Below are positions 17,903 through 26,616 of a stretch of DNA of 64,000 nucleotides, one piece after another. A model generated the notes under the pieces. The model searched no databases and was not told the origin of the DNA. It saw nothing but the letters and a program-made list of their open reading frames with translations. Source of the stretch: a virus (Duplodnaviria; Heunggongvirae; Uroviricota; Caudoviricetes); the IMG/VR virus record IMGVR_UViG_3300027770_000048; one strand, 5' to 3'. Both the position numbers and the translations under genes were made by a program. Each line of letters begins with the position of its first letter. The stretch's first letter is position 1.

Positions 17903-17923
17903 TTCAAAGATATTTATTAGTGT

Positions 17924-18421
17924 ATGATAAAGTTAAAAGATATATTAAAAGAAGCATCAGGTAACCAAATGACATTTGGTGAATATGGATATAGTATTAA
18001 ACAAGTAGAATCCGAAATTAAAAAAGTATTAGGTAGTTTAATAAAGAATATAGAACCATTTTCAAATGATAAAGACGAAATAGGACATATTAAATTTAAC
18101 TTTAAAGATAAAGACTCAATGAAGAAATTTTTATCAAAAGATGAATCCTATATAAATTCTATTGAAAAGTTATTATCCAGAAAATTTGGTGTTGATGTAA
18201 TGATAACAAGTATGTATAAAGGTGATTTGATGTTATCGTTTTTTATATTCTCAGAGATGAAAGATGTTAAAAAACAAAAGAAATCAATGGACGCTATGAT
18301 AAAACAAAAAACATTGAAAGTATTAGATAGTGTTGTTGATAATGTTAAACCATATAGTAAGGACGCAGCATTCCACATTGAGCAGGCAATTAGTATTATA
18401 GAAAAATTTAAAGGTCAATAG
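17924..18421 (+). CDS. hypothetical protein (165 aa)
   Basis: ORF track. Confidence 0.45.
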   Translation: MIKLKDILKEASGNQMTFGEYGYSIKQVESEIKKVLGSLIKNIEPFSNDKDEIGHIKFNFKDKDSMKKFLSKDESYINSIEKLLSRKFGVDVMITSMYKGDLMLSFFIFSEMKDVKKQKKSMDAMIKQKTLKVLDSVVDNVKPYSKDAAFHIEQAISIIEKFKGQ

Positions 18422-18422
18422 T

Positions 18423-18617
18423 ATGAAATTAAAAGAATTATTAGTAAAGATGTATGAGGGGCATTGTGAAAGACTACCTAACGAATCCGATGAAGATTAC
18501 TTAACCCGTTGTGGGAATGATATGTTTAATCAACAATTCGGAATAAGTCAGTTATCTAACATACCCAACGTAATGAAAAAGAAAATAGTAATACCTAATA
18601 AGATTAATCCTAAATAA
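18423..18617 (+). CDS. hypothetical protein (64 aa)
   Basis: ORF track. Confidence 0.4.
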   Translation: MKLKELLVKMYEGHCERLPNESDEDYLTRCGNDMFNQQFGISQLSNIPNVMKKKIVIPNKINPK

Positions 18618-18618
18618 A

Positions 18619-18918
18619 ATGTTAAAAGAAGATACTTTTGTAAAAACAGCGTTAGACTTTGGATGTGCAACCGGTGTAGCAAAGATTATAGGGTATACTA
18701 CATTAAAAGAAGAAAAGAAGGGTATACCTATTGAAACTTATAAAAAGGTAGACGATGAATTGATAATTAACAATATAATCAATATTTTAATAGATGAGGG
18801 TGGATATGAGAAGTGCATGAAAAAGGTATTAGTAGAAGAGAAAAAAAGAAATGGCAAAACAAAAAGAGTTACAATATATAAAAAGATAATGAATTGGTAT
18901 GATACTACAACAAGTTAA
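18619..18918 (+). CDS. hypothetical protein (99 aa)
   Basis: ORF track. Confidence 0.4.
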   Translation: MLKEDTFVKTALDFGCATGVAKIIGYTTLKEEKKGIPIETYKKVDDELIINNIINILIDEGGYEKCMKKVLVEEKKRNGKTKRVTIYKKIMNWYDTTTS

Positions 18919-19975
18919 CAATCCAGAAAGGTATTCTAAGAAAGGTGATGTATGGTCAGTAAACGCATCGACAGGTTCTTTAATTACGACCCCTTACACA
19001 TTCCCTGCAGTTACTAAAGAATTGGTTTTATATCCAGTATTAGATAACGATGTAGTAGCAATTTTAAAAATAGAAGATAACTACTATTGTTCAGAAGAAA
19101 TATACCAGGACCTCATGGATTCAAAGAACATTAATCCTCACTTTTGGTATGATAGAGTAACGGATGTAAAGACTATATCAGGTTCAGTAGAAATAGGTAA
19201 CACTATCCCTATTATTGAGATAGATTTAGAAGCAATCAAAGAAACGGCTAACATTGAAAGTATTATGATACCTTATTCAGGTGTTAAAGAAGTTGATTGG
19301 ATATACGATAGAGAAGAAGGAGATGACCCTAATATCCCTATATCTACTAAGTTAATACAACAATTAAATTATTCTTTAACTAATAACACAGATAGACCAG
19401 AAGATATATGGGAGTTATGGGATTTAAACCTTGCTGCTAACTATACTATTCAACAATTGCCTGTTTTATCTCCTACTACTGATAAGGCTGTCGTAGATAA
19501 TGCCCTCCTAACTAAAAATCTGGAAGAGTTAAGTAAAAGAGTCATTGCTCTAAGAAAAGACTTTAACGACATTAAAAGAATATACTATACCGGTAAAGTC
19601 AAAGATGATACCATTACATCAACTCGCTATACATCTCGTGCCATCGGTAGTAACGCACCTGAAACCGAAGTGAAGCAGGAGAATAGAGCTAATACAATAT
19701 ATAAGTCAACGGAGATAGTAGATGTTACAAAGAGTGGCACGGATAAAAGAGGTGATGCATTGGATAATTCTATTACAACTAAAACTGAGGGATTAAAATC
19801 GGAACTACAAGATACTAAAACAACTACGCAAGCGGCACTAAATACACAAGCTGAAAATCTTAAACGTGCTCAAGCCGGTGACGCAGAAGCACAAAGACAA
19901 CTTGCCGCAGAGTTAAAAGCATCTAATCAAAGAACTACCGAACTTGCTGCTAAAATTTCAAATCCTGGTAAATAA
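18899..19975 (+). CDS. hypothetical protein (358 aa) with disordered K/T/A/Q-rich C-terminus
   Basis: ORF track; largest gene inside the bracketed 9 kb block; no recognisable catalytic motifs. Confidence 0.5.
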   Translation: MILQQVNNPERYSKKGDVWSVNASTGSLITTPYTFPAVTKELVLYPVLDNDVVAILKIEDNYYCSEEIYQDLMDSKNINPHFWYDRVTDVKTISGSVEIGNTIPIIEIDLEAIKETANIESIMIPYSGVKEVDWIYDREEGDDPNIPISTKLIQQLNYSLTNNTDRPEDIWELWDLNLAANYTIQQLPVLSPTTDKAVVDNALLTKNLEELSKRVIALRKDFNDIKRIYYTGKVKDDTITSTRYTSRAIGSNAPETEVKQENRANTIYKSTEIVDVTKSGTDKRGDALDNSITTKTEGLKSELQDTKTTTQAALNTQAENLKRAQAGDAEAQRQLAAELKASNQRTTELAAKISNPGK

Positions 19976-20184
19976 TGTGACATGGTTAAGAGATTGTATG
20001 ATATCTTTATTCTTATAATGATGTTTCCTGTCATTTTCCTTGCTGCCTGTGGTCTTATTATCTATTGGGTGTGTAAGTTTCCGTTTTGGTATATAGAGAG
20101 AAAGAAGTGGTATAGAAATGAGAAATAGAGATATACTATCAATAGAGGTACGATATTCTTATTCCCAAAAATTTTCTTAAAAAA

Positions 20185-20209
20185 CGACTTTGCCCCCAAC
20201 CCCCCGCCG
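20185..20209 (-). repeat. GC-rich inverted repeat, right copy
   Basis: cgactttgcccccaaccccccgccg is the reverse complement of ggcggggggttgggggcaaagtcg; T-run follows on the minus strand. Confidence 0.8.
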
Positions 20210-20217
20210 ATATTTTA

Positions 20218-20250
20218 TTTGGTAATGTGAGATACTTATCGTACATTTAA
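20218..20250 (+). promoter_or_regulatory. divergent copy of the conserved promoter element
   Basis: tttggtaatgtgagatacttatcgtacattta. Confidence 0.45.
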
Positions 20251-20301
20251 TTAAAATCAATTATAATTATATTTATAGGGGAATATAAATAACAAAACAA
20301 T

Positions 20302-22185
20302 ATGAGAGCAGTCATAATAGGTACAGACTTTATAAAAGATACTGATGGTTCATTCAAAGCGTTGGAAACAAATACCAATATCCAAATGGATATGGATATG
20401 CGATATTATTTTGACCCAACTGTATTTGACACAATAATTAGTGGTAGTACAATTGATGAAATTGTTTTAATTTCAAAACCAGTATTAAATCAGTCAAATG
20501 AATATATTGAATTAGATACTCCAGATACAATTTGGAATGATGAAATACAAGCTCGTACTTTTCCAGAACAATTAAAAATGTATTGTACAGGTTCAAATAT
20601 TACATTTACAGAAACAAATTCAGACAACAACGCGGTTACAATACCATATGTTGAAGATAGTGATAATAAATTAATAATTAGAATTGCTTACGATACAACT
20701 GCTTTAATAGATGATACATACGCAAGAGATAACTGGGAATTTTTAAAGTTAATGCATGATGACAATCCGGATTCTATTGCAAAAACATATATAAACGATA
20801 TAGATTTAGGATTTGATTCAATTGGTACAACTATAAGAGATAATGGAAATCATCCAAATTATTGTATTAAAAAAAGATATACAAATAAAAATGGATTATA
20901 TCCAAAAGTATATAAAATATCTACTCAAGAAGAATTGGCAAATTTAAAAGCAAATTTACAAATAGATGAGTATGTACAAGAATTTATATATAATGAATCA
21001 GACACTATAAATAATAAATTAAAATATTATAGAAGTACGGATTTAGTATACGGACCTGATTTAACTATTTCTAATTTATGGGTGTCCGAACATACCAATT
21101 GGGTTGGTATCGAAGAAAATTGTGATTACGATGATAACAATGAAATACAATATTGGGAAAGGCCAAGATATTTACCAAAACCAACTGACGAATCGACCAA
21201 AACACCTAGATTATCAGGTGATGAAACAACAAAAGTTATTTTACCAGATGGTTCAAATACACTATTATCATCATTAGTAGTAGGGGATTCTATTAAATCA
21301 ATTAACATTCCAGGATTAGATTTAAATGAAACTAATTTTAATTTTTTAACATGGTCAAGTTCATTCAATGATGTTATGAGTGGGTATACTACATCCACAG
21401 CATCTTTACAAAAAATGGAAGAAAAAGAAAGTTGGGTAGGTTGGTTTGTTGAATTTACAACACAAGATGGTATAACTTTTTCAGATGTCTCTCAAGCTGA
21501 AATATTAATTAAATCAGGAGAAACTGACAATTATGTTGTTAAATTTATTGCATATGCCATGCTTAAAGTTAATGATACAGTTTTATTATTTGATAATCAA
21601 ACAAATACATTGGTTGAAAAAGTTATTCAATCCAAATATCATACTTTTGGTAAATCAAATGTATTTGTAGCGGATTTTGAACAAATTGATGTGTTTTTAT
21701 CTTTAGAAGAAACAAATACAGAAACGCCTAGATATGGTATTATCACACACAATTATAACTATGATTGTGCAAGTTATATAAGCAATTGGGGTGGTGGCTA
21801 CCAAGTATTTTGTTATGGATGTTTAAAAGGTAGTTGGAATGGATTTAATGGACCTGGTTGTTGTAGAATAGGTAATTGGTATGGTGGCGTATGGAATATA
21901 GATGTAATATATCCTCCAGGACCACCAGCAATTTTTAATGGATGGTGTAATTGGCAAAAACCTTCGGATATTCGTCTTAAAGAAAATATAGTACTAGTAG
22001 GTAAATCAGAAAGTGGAATTAATATATATCAATACAATTATAAAAATGATTTAAAATTATATGAGGGTGTTATTGCACAAGAATTGATTGGTACTAAATT
22101 TGAAGATGCTCTTATTATTGAAAAAGATGGTATGTATTCAGTAGATTATAAAAAATTAGATGTAGAGTTCAAAAAAATAAATTAA
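20302..22185 (+). CDS. tail fibre/tail spike-like protein with C-terminal intramolecular chaperone (peptidase S74) domain
   Basis: C-terminus PSDIRLKENIVLVGKSESGINIYQYNY...GVIAQEL...YSVDYKKL matches the S74 auto-cleaving chaperone of phage fibres; Cys/Gly/Trp-rich insert NYDCASYISNWGGGYQVFCYGCLKGSWNGFNGPGCCRIGNWYGG. Confidence 0.65.
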   Translation: MRAVIIGTDFIKDTDGSFKALETNTNIQMDMDMRYYFDPTVFDTIISGSTIDEIVLISKPVLNQSNEYIELDTPDTIWNDEIQARTFPEQLKMYCTGSNITFTETNSDNNAVTIPYVEDSDNKLIIRIAYDTTALIDDTYARDNWEFLKLMHDDNPDSIAKTYINDIDLGFDSIGTTIRDNGNHPNYCIKKRYTNKNGLYPKVYKISTQEELANLKANLQIDEYVQEFIYNESDTINNKLKYYRSTDLVYGPDLTISNLWVSEHTNWVGIEENCDYDDNNEIQYWERPRYLPKPTDESTKTPRLSGDETTKVILPDGSNTLLSSLVVGDSIKSINIPGLDLNETNFNFLTWSSSFNDVMSGYTTSTASLQKMEEKESWVGWFVEFTTQDGITFSDVSQAEILIKSGETDNYVVKFIAYAMLKVNDTVLLFDNQTNTLVEKVIQSKYHTFGKSNVFVADFEQIDVFLSLEETNTETPRYGIITHNYNYDCASYISNWGGGYQVFCYGCLKGSWNGFNGPGCCRIGNWYGGVWNIDVIYPPGPPAIFNGWCNWQKPSDIRLKENIVLVGKSESGINIYQYNYKNDLKLYEGVIAQELIGTKFEDALIIEKDGMYSVDYKKLDVEFKKIN

Positions 22186-22358
22186 TATGTCAACAGAAGT
22201 AAACAAAAATATAAAATGGGCAACTATGGATGAAACCATGAGAATGTCAAAAAAAGTTGTTAACAATCAAACTAAAATTTCATTATCAAATACAATAACT
22301 GCATTTATTAATGCAATTAAAACAAAGCATTTGAGTTAGTTTATTTAATTAAAAGGTT

Positions 22359-22658
22359 ATGATTTCTAAAATAAAAGAGATAGCACAGGCCTGGATTATT
22401 TCCGCAAGGCCATCACCAGCACAAAAAAAGTTAGCAGAGGCTAGATATAATGTTTGTATTAATTGTGTACATTATAGAGAAAAAAGACCAATAACAGGAG
22501 AAGAATATTGTAGTGATTGTGGTTGTACACTCTCTGCAAAAATTTTTACTACTGCAACCTATATGGCCGATAGTAAAAGTTGTCCATTGGATAAATGGAA
22601 AGAAGTTGAAGATTTATATTGGCCCAATACACAAAAGGGTAAAAAATCTATATTATAA
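22359..22658 (+). CDS. Cys-rich zinc-finger protein (99 aa)
   Basis: CINCVHYREKRPITGEEYCSDCGC...CPLDKW gives CxxC...CxxCxC...C. Confidence 0.5.
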   Translation: MISKIKEIAQAWIISARPSPAQKKLAEARYNVCINCVHYREKRPITGEEYCSDCGCTLSAKIFTTATYMADSKSCPLDKWKEVEDLYWPNTQKGKKSIL

Positions 22659-23032
22659 TGATTGAGGTAATTTCACCTATCCAAAAATTAGAATTAAGAT
22701 ATTTTGGAGAAAAAAAAGGTTATGGCGTTTTTACATTAAATGATATAAAAAAAGACGAAAAAATAGAAATATGTTATTGTATTGATTTAGAAACATCACC
22801 CCAATCAATGTGGAGAAAATGGAAATATTGGAATAGAGAATTTAAAAAACCAGTATTGGCATTGGGGTATGGGTCTATATATAATCACTCATATACTCCA
22901 AACATTCATTATTATTTTGAGTCTGATTACATATTAGTTATGTATGCATTACGAGATATTAAAGAGGGTGAAGAATTATGTCATGATTATGGTCAAAATT
23001 ATTTTAAAGTATTTCCAACTAATATTATATGA
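22658..23032 (+). CDS. SET-domain protein (viral SET-like lysine methyltransferase)
   Basis: GEKKGYGVF (GxG), YNHSYTPN (NHSCxPN-like) and GEELCHDYG (ELxxDY) in a 124-aa protein, the same size class as chlorovirus vSET. Confidence 0.75.
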   Translation: MIEVISPIQKLELRYFGEKKGYGVFTLNDIKKDEKIEICYCIDLETSPQSMWRKWKYWNREFKKPVLALGYGSIYNHSYTPNIHYYFESDYILVMYALRDIKEGEELCHDYGQNYFKVFPTNII

Positions 23033-24309
23033 AAATTTATGTGCATCATTACTATACTAAATCGTTATTTTATAAATTAGCACATAATACAACGAATAGA
23101 ATATTTAACATTCAAAATGAAATTGGCCATATTAAATGTAATTATAAAAATTTAGAATTAGAATTTATATTTAATCCCGAATTAAATGATAATGACGATG
23201 GATTTCATTTAATTGATTTTTTAACGATACTTTCACAATTAAACAAAGATAATAAATTTAATTCAATAGATTGTTTTAATAAAAAAAAAGGTGAAGATTC
23301 ACATAGAGGTAAATGGGGTGCAGAATTCGGTGTAAACGATGTACCAATAATGAAATGGATAGCCGATACATTACAAAACAAAAAAGATTGGTTAGTATGT
23401 TTGTTTAGAACAGAAAAGTCATTTGTAAAATATGATGGCATATCCTATTATCCAATACAGGAGTTAGAAACACAAATAAATAGATTAACTAATCACAAAT
23501 TAATAACTGATAATTTTTTTATAAATGATATCATTGAACAAAATTATCCAAATCATTATTTTGCTTTAACAAATACAATACATGAATGGAATGATTTATT
23601 ATCCATTCGTTGGTATTATGAATTTAAAAACATTTTTGAAAAATTAAAACAACCATATGATTTGTGTTTCTCAATGAGATATCATAAGAGAAATAGAACT
23701 CATATAATAAATGGTTTAAGTAATTTAAATAATCCAAAAATTTACCTATCAAGGGTTGATAATTGTGTAAATAATGAATACTCAATTTATTCAAAAGAAA
23801 TTAAAAATAATAATATAAATTTTAATATAACAAATGGTAATGATTTTGATGATATAAGTTGGATTGAAAATATAGAACACTATTTAGATTACTTAATGAG
23901 AATTTTACCAATGTCTAAAATGCACATTTTATCAGAAACATGGGACTGGGTACCTGGAAACTTAACATCAAATTATTTGTCTGAAAAAACTTATGGTTTT
24001 GCATTAGCAAATATTCCATTCATTTCAACACATTCTTATCCAATGGAAATATTACAAAAAATGTTAAATATAGAACCACACCCATTTTATGAAGAATCAA
24101 AAAAGTGTAATGGAAAACCACATTTATTTATAAAATTTGTAGAAAACTTTATGGAAAATTTTGAAATTAATTATAATTTGTGTATATTGTGGTCTAATAT
24201 TTGTCATCAAAAATTAATTGAAAAAATAAATAATGAAAATTCATTTTTAGATTTAATTAATATAGATTTTAAAAAAGAAAGAAAAATTATAAAAAAAACA
24301 TTAATATAA
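23029..24309 (+). CDS. hypothetical protein (426 aa), possibly a transferase of the accessory module
   Basis: ORF track; no confident motif. Confidence 0.5.
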   Translation: MKIYVHHYYTKSLFYKLAHNTTNRIFNIQNEIGHIKCNYKNLELEFIFNPELNDNDDGFHLIDFLTILSQLNKDNKFNSIDCFNKKKGEDSHRGKWGAEFGVNDVPIMKWIADTLQNKKDWLVCLFRTEKSFVKYDGISYYPIQELETQINRLTNHKLITDNFFINDIIEQNYPNHYFALTNTIHEWNDLLSIRWYYEFKNIFEKLKQPYDLCFSMRYHKRNRTHIINGLSNLNNPKIYLSRVDNCVNNEYSIYSKEIKNNNINFNITNGNDFDDISWIENIEHYLDYLMRILPMSKMHILSETWDWVPGNLTSNYLSEKTYGFALANIPFISTHSYPMEILQKMLNIEPHPFYEESKKCNGKPHLFIKFVENFMENFEINYNLCILWSNICHQKLIEKINNENSFLDLINIDFKKERKIIKKTLI

Positions 24310-24311
24310 AA

Positions 24312-25043
24312 ATGTTAGTTAACAATAAATTTTATTTTATAAGTTTACCTAGATGTGCATCCACTTCTTTTATGATATCTTGTATAAAAAATAAACTAAA
24401 GATAAATCATATAGATGAGGTAGTCGACAATCAATTAGATAATATGGTTGATTGGGAAAAAATGTCCAATGAGTCACTTGCTGATTCATTATTACATGGA
24501 CATGAACCATTATATAATTTAGAAAATAAATTTGGAAATAATTTCCCCATAATAACAATTAGAAGAAATAGACATGAAAGATTTATATCATTATGGAAAC
24601 ATATCATAGATGAATCATATAGAACAAATGATATGAACACATTTGAAATTTTACAAAAACTAAAAGTAGATGATATTCTATTTTTTAATAGTCAAGATAT
24701 TTTTGATGATGAAAAACGTTCAATAATGATTAAAACATTTTTAGAAAAAAATAACCTAACCGATGCTTCTATTTATTTTAAAATGGTATTTTCAACAATA
24801 TTAATAAGGCCGTATTCATTTTATCATCACCACGATGATAGAATAATATGGTTTGATTTTGATAAATTATATGAATTAGAAGATTGGGTTTCAAATATTT
24901 TAAATATAGATTTTAAATTAGAAAAAATAAATTCAAGTCAACATTTTGATTGTGCATTAAAATTGGATGATTATTTTATTGAAAAATATAATAAAATATA
25001 TGATGTGTATGATTTTAGGAAGGAATTAAAAACAATAATCTAA
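24312..25043 (+). CDS. sulfotransferase-like protein (low confidence)
   Basis: ISLPRCASTSF resembles the 5'-PSB motif PKxGTT; IRRNRHERFISLW resembles the 3'-PB motif RxPxxRxxS. Confidence 0.4.
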   Translation: MLVNNKFYFISLPRCASTSFMISCIKNKLKINHIDEVVDNQLDNMVDWEKMSNESLADSLLHGHEPLYNLENKFGNNFPIITIRRNRHERFISLWKHIIDESYRTNDMNTFEILQKLKVDDILFFNSQDIFDDEKRSIMIKTFLEKNNLTDASIYFKMVFSTILIRPYSFYHHHDDRIIWFDFDKLYELEDWVSNILNIDFKLEKINSSQHFDCALKLDDYFIEKYNKIYDVYDFRKELKTII

Positions 25044-25048
25044 ACATT

Positions 25049-25648
25049 ATGGAGAGAATATTTTTTAATAATGAAATTGTTTATTATAAAGTACAATATA
25101 TTCCACTAACAAATAAAGATATATTGATTAATCATATTAATAAATTAATAGAATTACAAGAAGAAACAGCTATAAATGATGGGTATGATATAAATATTGA
25201 TGATGATTTAATTATAGACATAATTGAATTTGGTATAGACAAATGTAAGGAATTATATTTAGAGAATGGAAATAATGTTGAAACAATTTTACATGATTTG
25301 TGGTTAAATAGAGTAAGAAAATATAGTGAACAATTACAAGCAACTACTTTAAAAAATCCTATTTTTCATAATCACAAGACATTAAATGAACAAAGAAATA
25401 TATTCATACCCGATTATACATTTGTTTATTATCTTCAAATGCAAAATAATCTGACAGGTAATGAAGGACATCTGATGATTAAAAATAAATCAGGTGAGAT
25501 ATATTCATTTTTACCGGAAGAAAATGATTTGATAATAATGGGTGGTGATGTACCACATTCACCTGTTCCAGCGGCCAATAATACAAAAGATAGATTAGTA
25601 ATTGCAGGAAATGTTAGTTTTAAATATCATAAAAAAAAGATAATATAA
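25049..25648 (+). CDS. hypothetical protein, possible cupin/2OG-oxygenase-like paralog
   Basis: Weak HxH...H pattern (FHNHK ... VPHSP ... DRLVIAG); adjacent to a clear 2OG oxygenase. Confidence 0.35.
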   Translation: MERIFFNNEIVYYKVQYIPLTNKDILINHINKLIELQEETAINDGYDINIDDDLIIDIIEFGIDKCKELYLENGNNVETILHDLWLNRVRKYSEQLQATTLKNPIFHNHKTLNEQRNIFIPDYTFVYYLQMQNNLTGNEGHLMIKNKSGEIYSFLPEENDLIIMGGDVPHSPVPAANNTKDRLVIAGNVSFKYHKKKII

Positions 25649-26155
25649 ATGATACAAGTTATTGATAATATTTTGAATGAAACCGAATTAAATGAATTAG
25701 ATTTTATTTGTAATAATTTTTATACACACATTAAACCAGTGGTATTACCAAACGGTAATTTTAATTCTTATTATAGAAATCATATAAATAAGGAAACATC
25801 ATTATTAGATTTTCAAAAAAGAATAGTAGATAAAATTCAATCTAATTTATTTTTACAAAGTAATATCATTGATATGTGGATAAATAAAATAACCAATGAA
25901 ACAAATCAAAATGATAAATTTCATAAAGATATTTCGGATTTATCAGTTGTTATTTTTTTAAATGATAATATAATTGGTGGTGAATTAATGTATGAGTTAG
26001 ATGATGAAATTTATAATATAAAACCTAAAAAAAATACTGCAATTATTATGGATAATAAACTATCACATAAAGTATCTCCAGTATATGAAGGTATTAGATA
26101 CACTTTTGTAATCTTTTTAGATACAATAAAAAAAAATAAAAAAACAATAATATAA
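25649..26155 (+). CDS. 2OG-Fe(II) oxygenase (prolyl 4-hydroxylase-like)
   Basis: FHKDISD (HxD), IGGELMY, LSHKVSPVYEGIRYTFVIF (second His + RxS/T). Confidence 0.65.
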   Translation: MIQVIDNILNETELNELDFICNNFYTHIKPVVLPNGNFNSYYRNHINKETSLLDFQKRIVDKIQSNLFLQSNIIDMWINKITNETNQNDKFHKDISDLSVVIFLNDNIIGGELMYELDDEIYNIKPKKNTAIIMDNKLSHKVSPVYEGIRYTFVIFLDTIKKNKKTII

Positions 26156-26159
26156 GACA

Positions 26160-26615
26160 TTGCAATACTATCAATTAAATAAAGAAGATTATGTTATAGA
26201 AAAACAATTACATATTGAAAGATTGGAATTGGATAACATAATTACGTTAGAATATTTTACACCTAATATACAATTTTTAATAGATTCATTTAATAAAGAA
26301 TATCAATGGGATGGTATGTTTGATATTGAGGAAGTTAAGAATAGAATTATCAACGGACATATATTATTTATATTATACTATGATAATCAACCAATCGGTT
26401 ATGTTTGGTTTAAAAAGTTGGATGATACTACATGCTTTGGTTATAATCTATATGTAACAAAACAAATAGAAAGACCGAAGGATTCACCCAAATGGTTTTA
26501 CAATAAAGTAAGTGGTATTATGTTGGAAAAATATAATAATATCAATGTCGAAATAGAAGATTGGAATAAAGTTGTGTTTGATTTGGTTGAAAGTATTGGT
26601 TATAAAGAAATATAA
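26160..26615 (+). CDS. hypothetical protein (151 aa)
   Basis: ORF track. Confidence 0.4.
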   Translation: MQYYQLNKEDYVIEKQLHIERLELDNIITLEYFTPNIQFLIDSFNKEYQWDGMFDIEEVKNRIINGHILFILYYDNQPIGYVWFKKLDDTTCFGYNLYVTKQIERPKDSPKWFYNKVSGIMLEKYNNINVEIEDWNKVVFDLVESIGYKEI

Positions 26616-26616
26616 T

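Noticed and set aside
11151-20209. Calling the bracketed block a transposon or integrative element
   Set aside because: No transposase, integrase or recombinase motifs (DDE, Tyr/Ser recombinase) are recognisable in any enclosed ORF. No target-site duplication is evident next to the repeats. It is left as a structural observation.
26160-26615. GNAT acetyltransferase assignment for the 151-aa ORF
   Set aside because: There is a superficial beta-strand pattern, but the acetyl-CoA motif A (Q/RxxGxG/A) is absent. Left as hypothetical.
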